In this document: positions 61,868 through 64,000 of the stretch, piece by piece
Layout: the number at the start of each line of letters is the position of its first letter
Position numbering within the stretch: position 1 is the first letter of the stretch
From: the human T2T-CHM13v2.0 reference genome, Homo sapiens
Length of the DNA: 64,000 bases
Assembly: GCF_009914755.1 (NCBI RefSeq)
Contig: NC_060930.1
Direction: 5' to 3' (one strand)
Translations under genes and position numbers: made by a program
The notes under the pieces: model-generated
Databases searched by the model: none
What the model saw: the letters and a program-made list of their open reading frames with translations, nothing else
What the model was told of the DNA's origin: nothing

Positions 61868-64000
61868 GTAGGTACTCCTATTTCTTCTCAATTTATTTTT
61901 TCCTTTTTGATATAATGTGCTACTGTTTACAAGCATATTGTAACTTCAGAGCTTACCTCTCATCTTTAAAAAATGTTCATTTTTTTGTCTTTCTGCTCCA
62001 AGGATATTTTGCAAAGTTACTGGCAAGTATTCCTGGGATGATAAAATGTGAAATCTAAACTTGGTACAGTGGAAATTCACTTCTAGAATAATATTTAGCT
62101 GAGGCAGAGGGCAATCCGACTACCCTTTTCTTAGTACAGCACACACAGGCTGCCTGTCTGTTCCAGATAACATAAATGTATTGGATCTAGCACTAGCTAG
62201 GAGACACTGTATTGTTGAACTGTGTTAGAATTTTATAAGCTCTTAATTGGACAAATCTCAGAGTAGCATGAACACACTACCTGTTTTCTGAATCTTTGGA
62301 GCCATAACTTACGTGAGTTTGAACTAAGCGATGTGAATAAGCCATTATTTGTTTCCTAAAGGCAGTCAAGTTTTCTGAAAAGCTACACATTTAGCAGCAA
62401 AAGAACGAGCCCCTCTGTCTTGAAATGGGCCTCTGATTTTAAGCAAGCTCTTTTGAGTCCTGGTGTCCCATTTTCTCAGTTCCTTTTTGCCTCACAATGG
62501 CACATACATAATGACTCCACCACATATAGCAGTGGGCTACTCGGGTAATGATGTGGCAGTCACAAGACAGGGCAGAATACTTTCATTTTGGTTAGAGGAA
62601 TGCCACATGTCTTAGGAAATGCTCGCTGAACTGTAAGTTTCATACTTTGTCAAGAAGATAACCAGTATTCTCTCAAACAAGTCCGTAGGAGCCAACATGA
62701 TTAAAAGATTTTAAAGCAATTTACTCGATAGAAGGGTTGGGCTTAATCAGGACTTGTGATCATGGCAATGGTTCCTGCTTAAAGGTGCCAGATTTTTAAT
62801 GCCTTTTTGTGCCAGATCTAATAGGCTTACAGAGCAACTCCATGTATATGAGGTTGCTGGGAAACTCATCTGGTTTTGAATGTGGTATATACATATTTTA
62901 ATATTGAGAGTAAACTTAGGAAGACCAGGTAGAAGTATTTGAACTGAATTCTGAAACGTACAGAGAACTTAAATTGGATGAGAATGTTTGAGAACCATGG
63001 ATGGTTCAGGGTCCATTTGTATACCGTAAAATCCCTTCCTATTTCTCAAAAGCAAATGTTTTCTTTGATTTTGTTAATATCCTGTGATGACTGCCCACTA
63101 GGCCTTGGAATGCATGCAGATAATGCTGTAGCAGTTGGATAAAATACTCTAGAATGTCAGATTTTCAAGGAAATTACAAATAAAAACAATGTAGGTAAAA
63201 GATACGACATGTAGGAAAAAAGCAAAATTTTCCTTAAGAATACAAGCGTCGTATTTACGAGTAGAAGATTTTTCTTGGACATTTGGAGATACTTGTTTCA
63301 TTTTATTGCTTGTGACAGTCAAGGAAAGGAATAAAGCTCTTGTGTCTTAAACTTGCAGCAAGAACAAAGTCCAACTATCTTTCGTTTCTGATAACTCTGT
63401 GTCTTTTTGTTCAATATTGGGTTTAGAGCTAGCTACCATCTACCTTCCCTTCAAACACTCACTCTAAACCTCCACACAGTGTAAGTATTTACATCAGGCA
63501 TCTGCTAAACATTTTCACATGGTTATCTGCAGGTCTTCTCTGAGTCTGTCTGCATTCATTTATCCTAGTTGCTCAGAACAATCGCTTGGGCTGACGGCCT
63601 GGTGGTTGAGTTTACTTTGCTTTGAATAGGGAACAGCTGTGCTCCAGGACTGCAGATTGGCTATTCGGAAAAAAGGGCAAGGAAGAGAGTGACCCAGCTC
63701 TGGGTAGACCATCCACACTGTAAAAAAAAAAGTCATAGCATAGTCTTCATCTATGGCAGTGGAGATATGGTCCTGTCCATCCACCTCTATCAGGAGAGGG
63801 TCTCCATTGTTAATCTCTGAGAAAGAGGCTCCATCTGTGAAACCTCCTGCATATTGTCTAATGAAGTGCTATTTTGAAAGGCGTGCACTGTACAGGTAAG
63901 AGTGATGATGGTGTGCCTGCCTTCTGGGCAACATCTCAGTAGACTTCCTCTGAATCATTCCCACTGGACCCAACAGCAAAAGCGTACACATCATTGAGTT

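Overview
Human genomic DNA, repeat-dense (Alu, L1, L2, MIR, MaLR LTRs, DNA transposons), with no protein-coding exon. Two short unique segments match, from my recollection of ESR1 mRNA leaders, the distal untranslated first exons of the estrogen receptor alpha gene. Exon E2 lies at about 27871-27962 (donor AAG|GTAAGT) and exon F at about 61699-61867 (donor CAA|GTAGGT). They are about 34 kb apart, in line with the published E2 (about -151 kb) and F (about -117 kb) layout. The window is therefore most likely the 6q25.1 CCDC170-ESR1 interval: intergenic for about 27.8 kb, then ESR1 5'-UTR intron. Recognisable ORFs in the track come from Alu, L1 or simple repeats; the rest are short chance ORFs. 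I found no evidence of a previously undescribed multi-gene system. The most interesting signals are (i) three young, potentially polymorphic Alu insertions (a consensus-like AluYb8 5 kb upstream of promoter F and two truncated AluYa5-type pieces), (ii) repeated Alu-in-Alu-linker chimeras, (iii) two ancient 5'-inverted (twin-primed) L1s and a micro-L1 insertion, (iv) a CpG/G-rich regulatory-looking island at about 52.5-53.2 kb, and (v) the uORF-packed exon F with tandem donors plus a candidate cassette exon at 63794-63895. Subfamily calls and boundaries were made by eye and are approximate.
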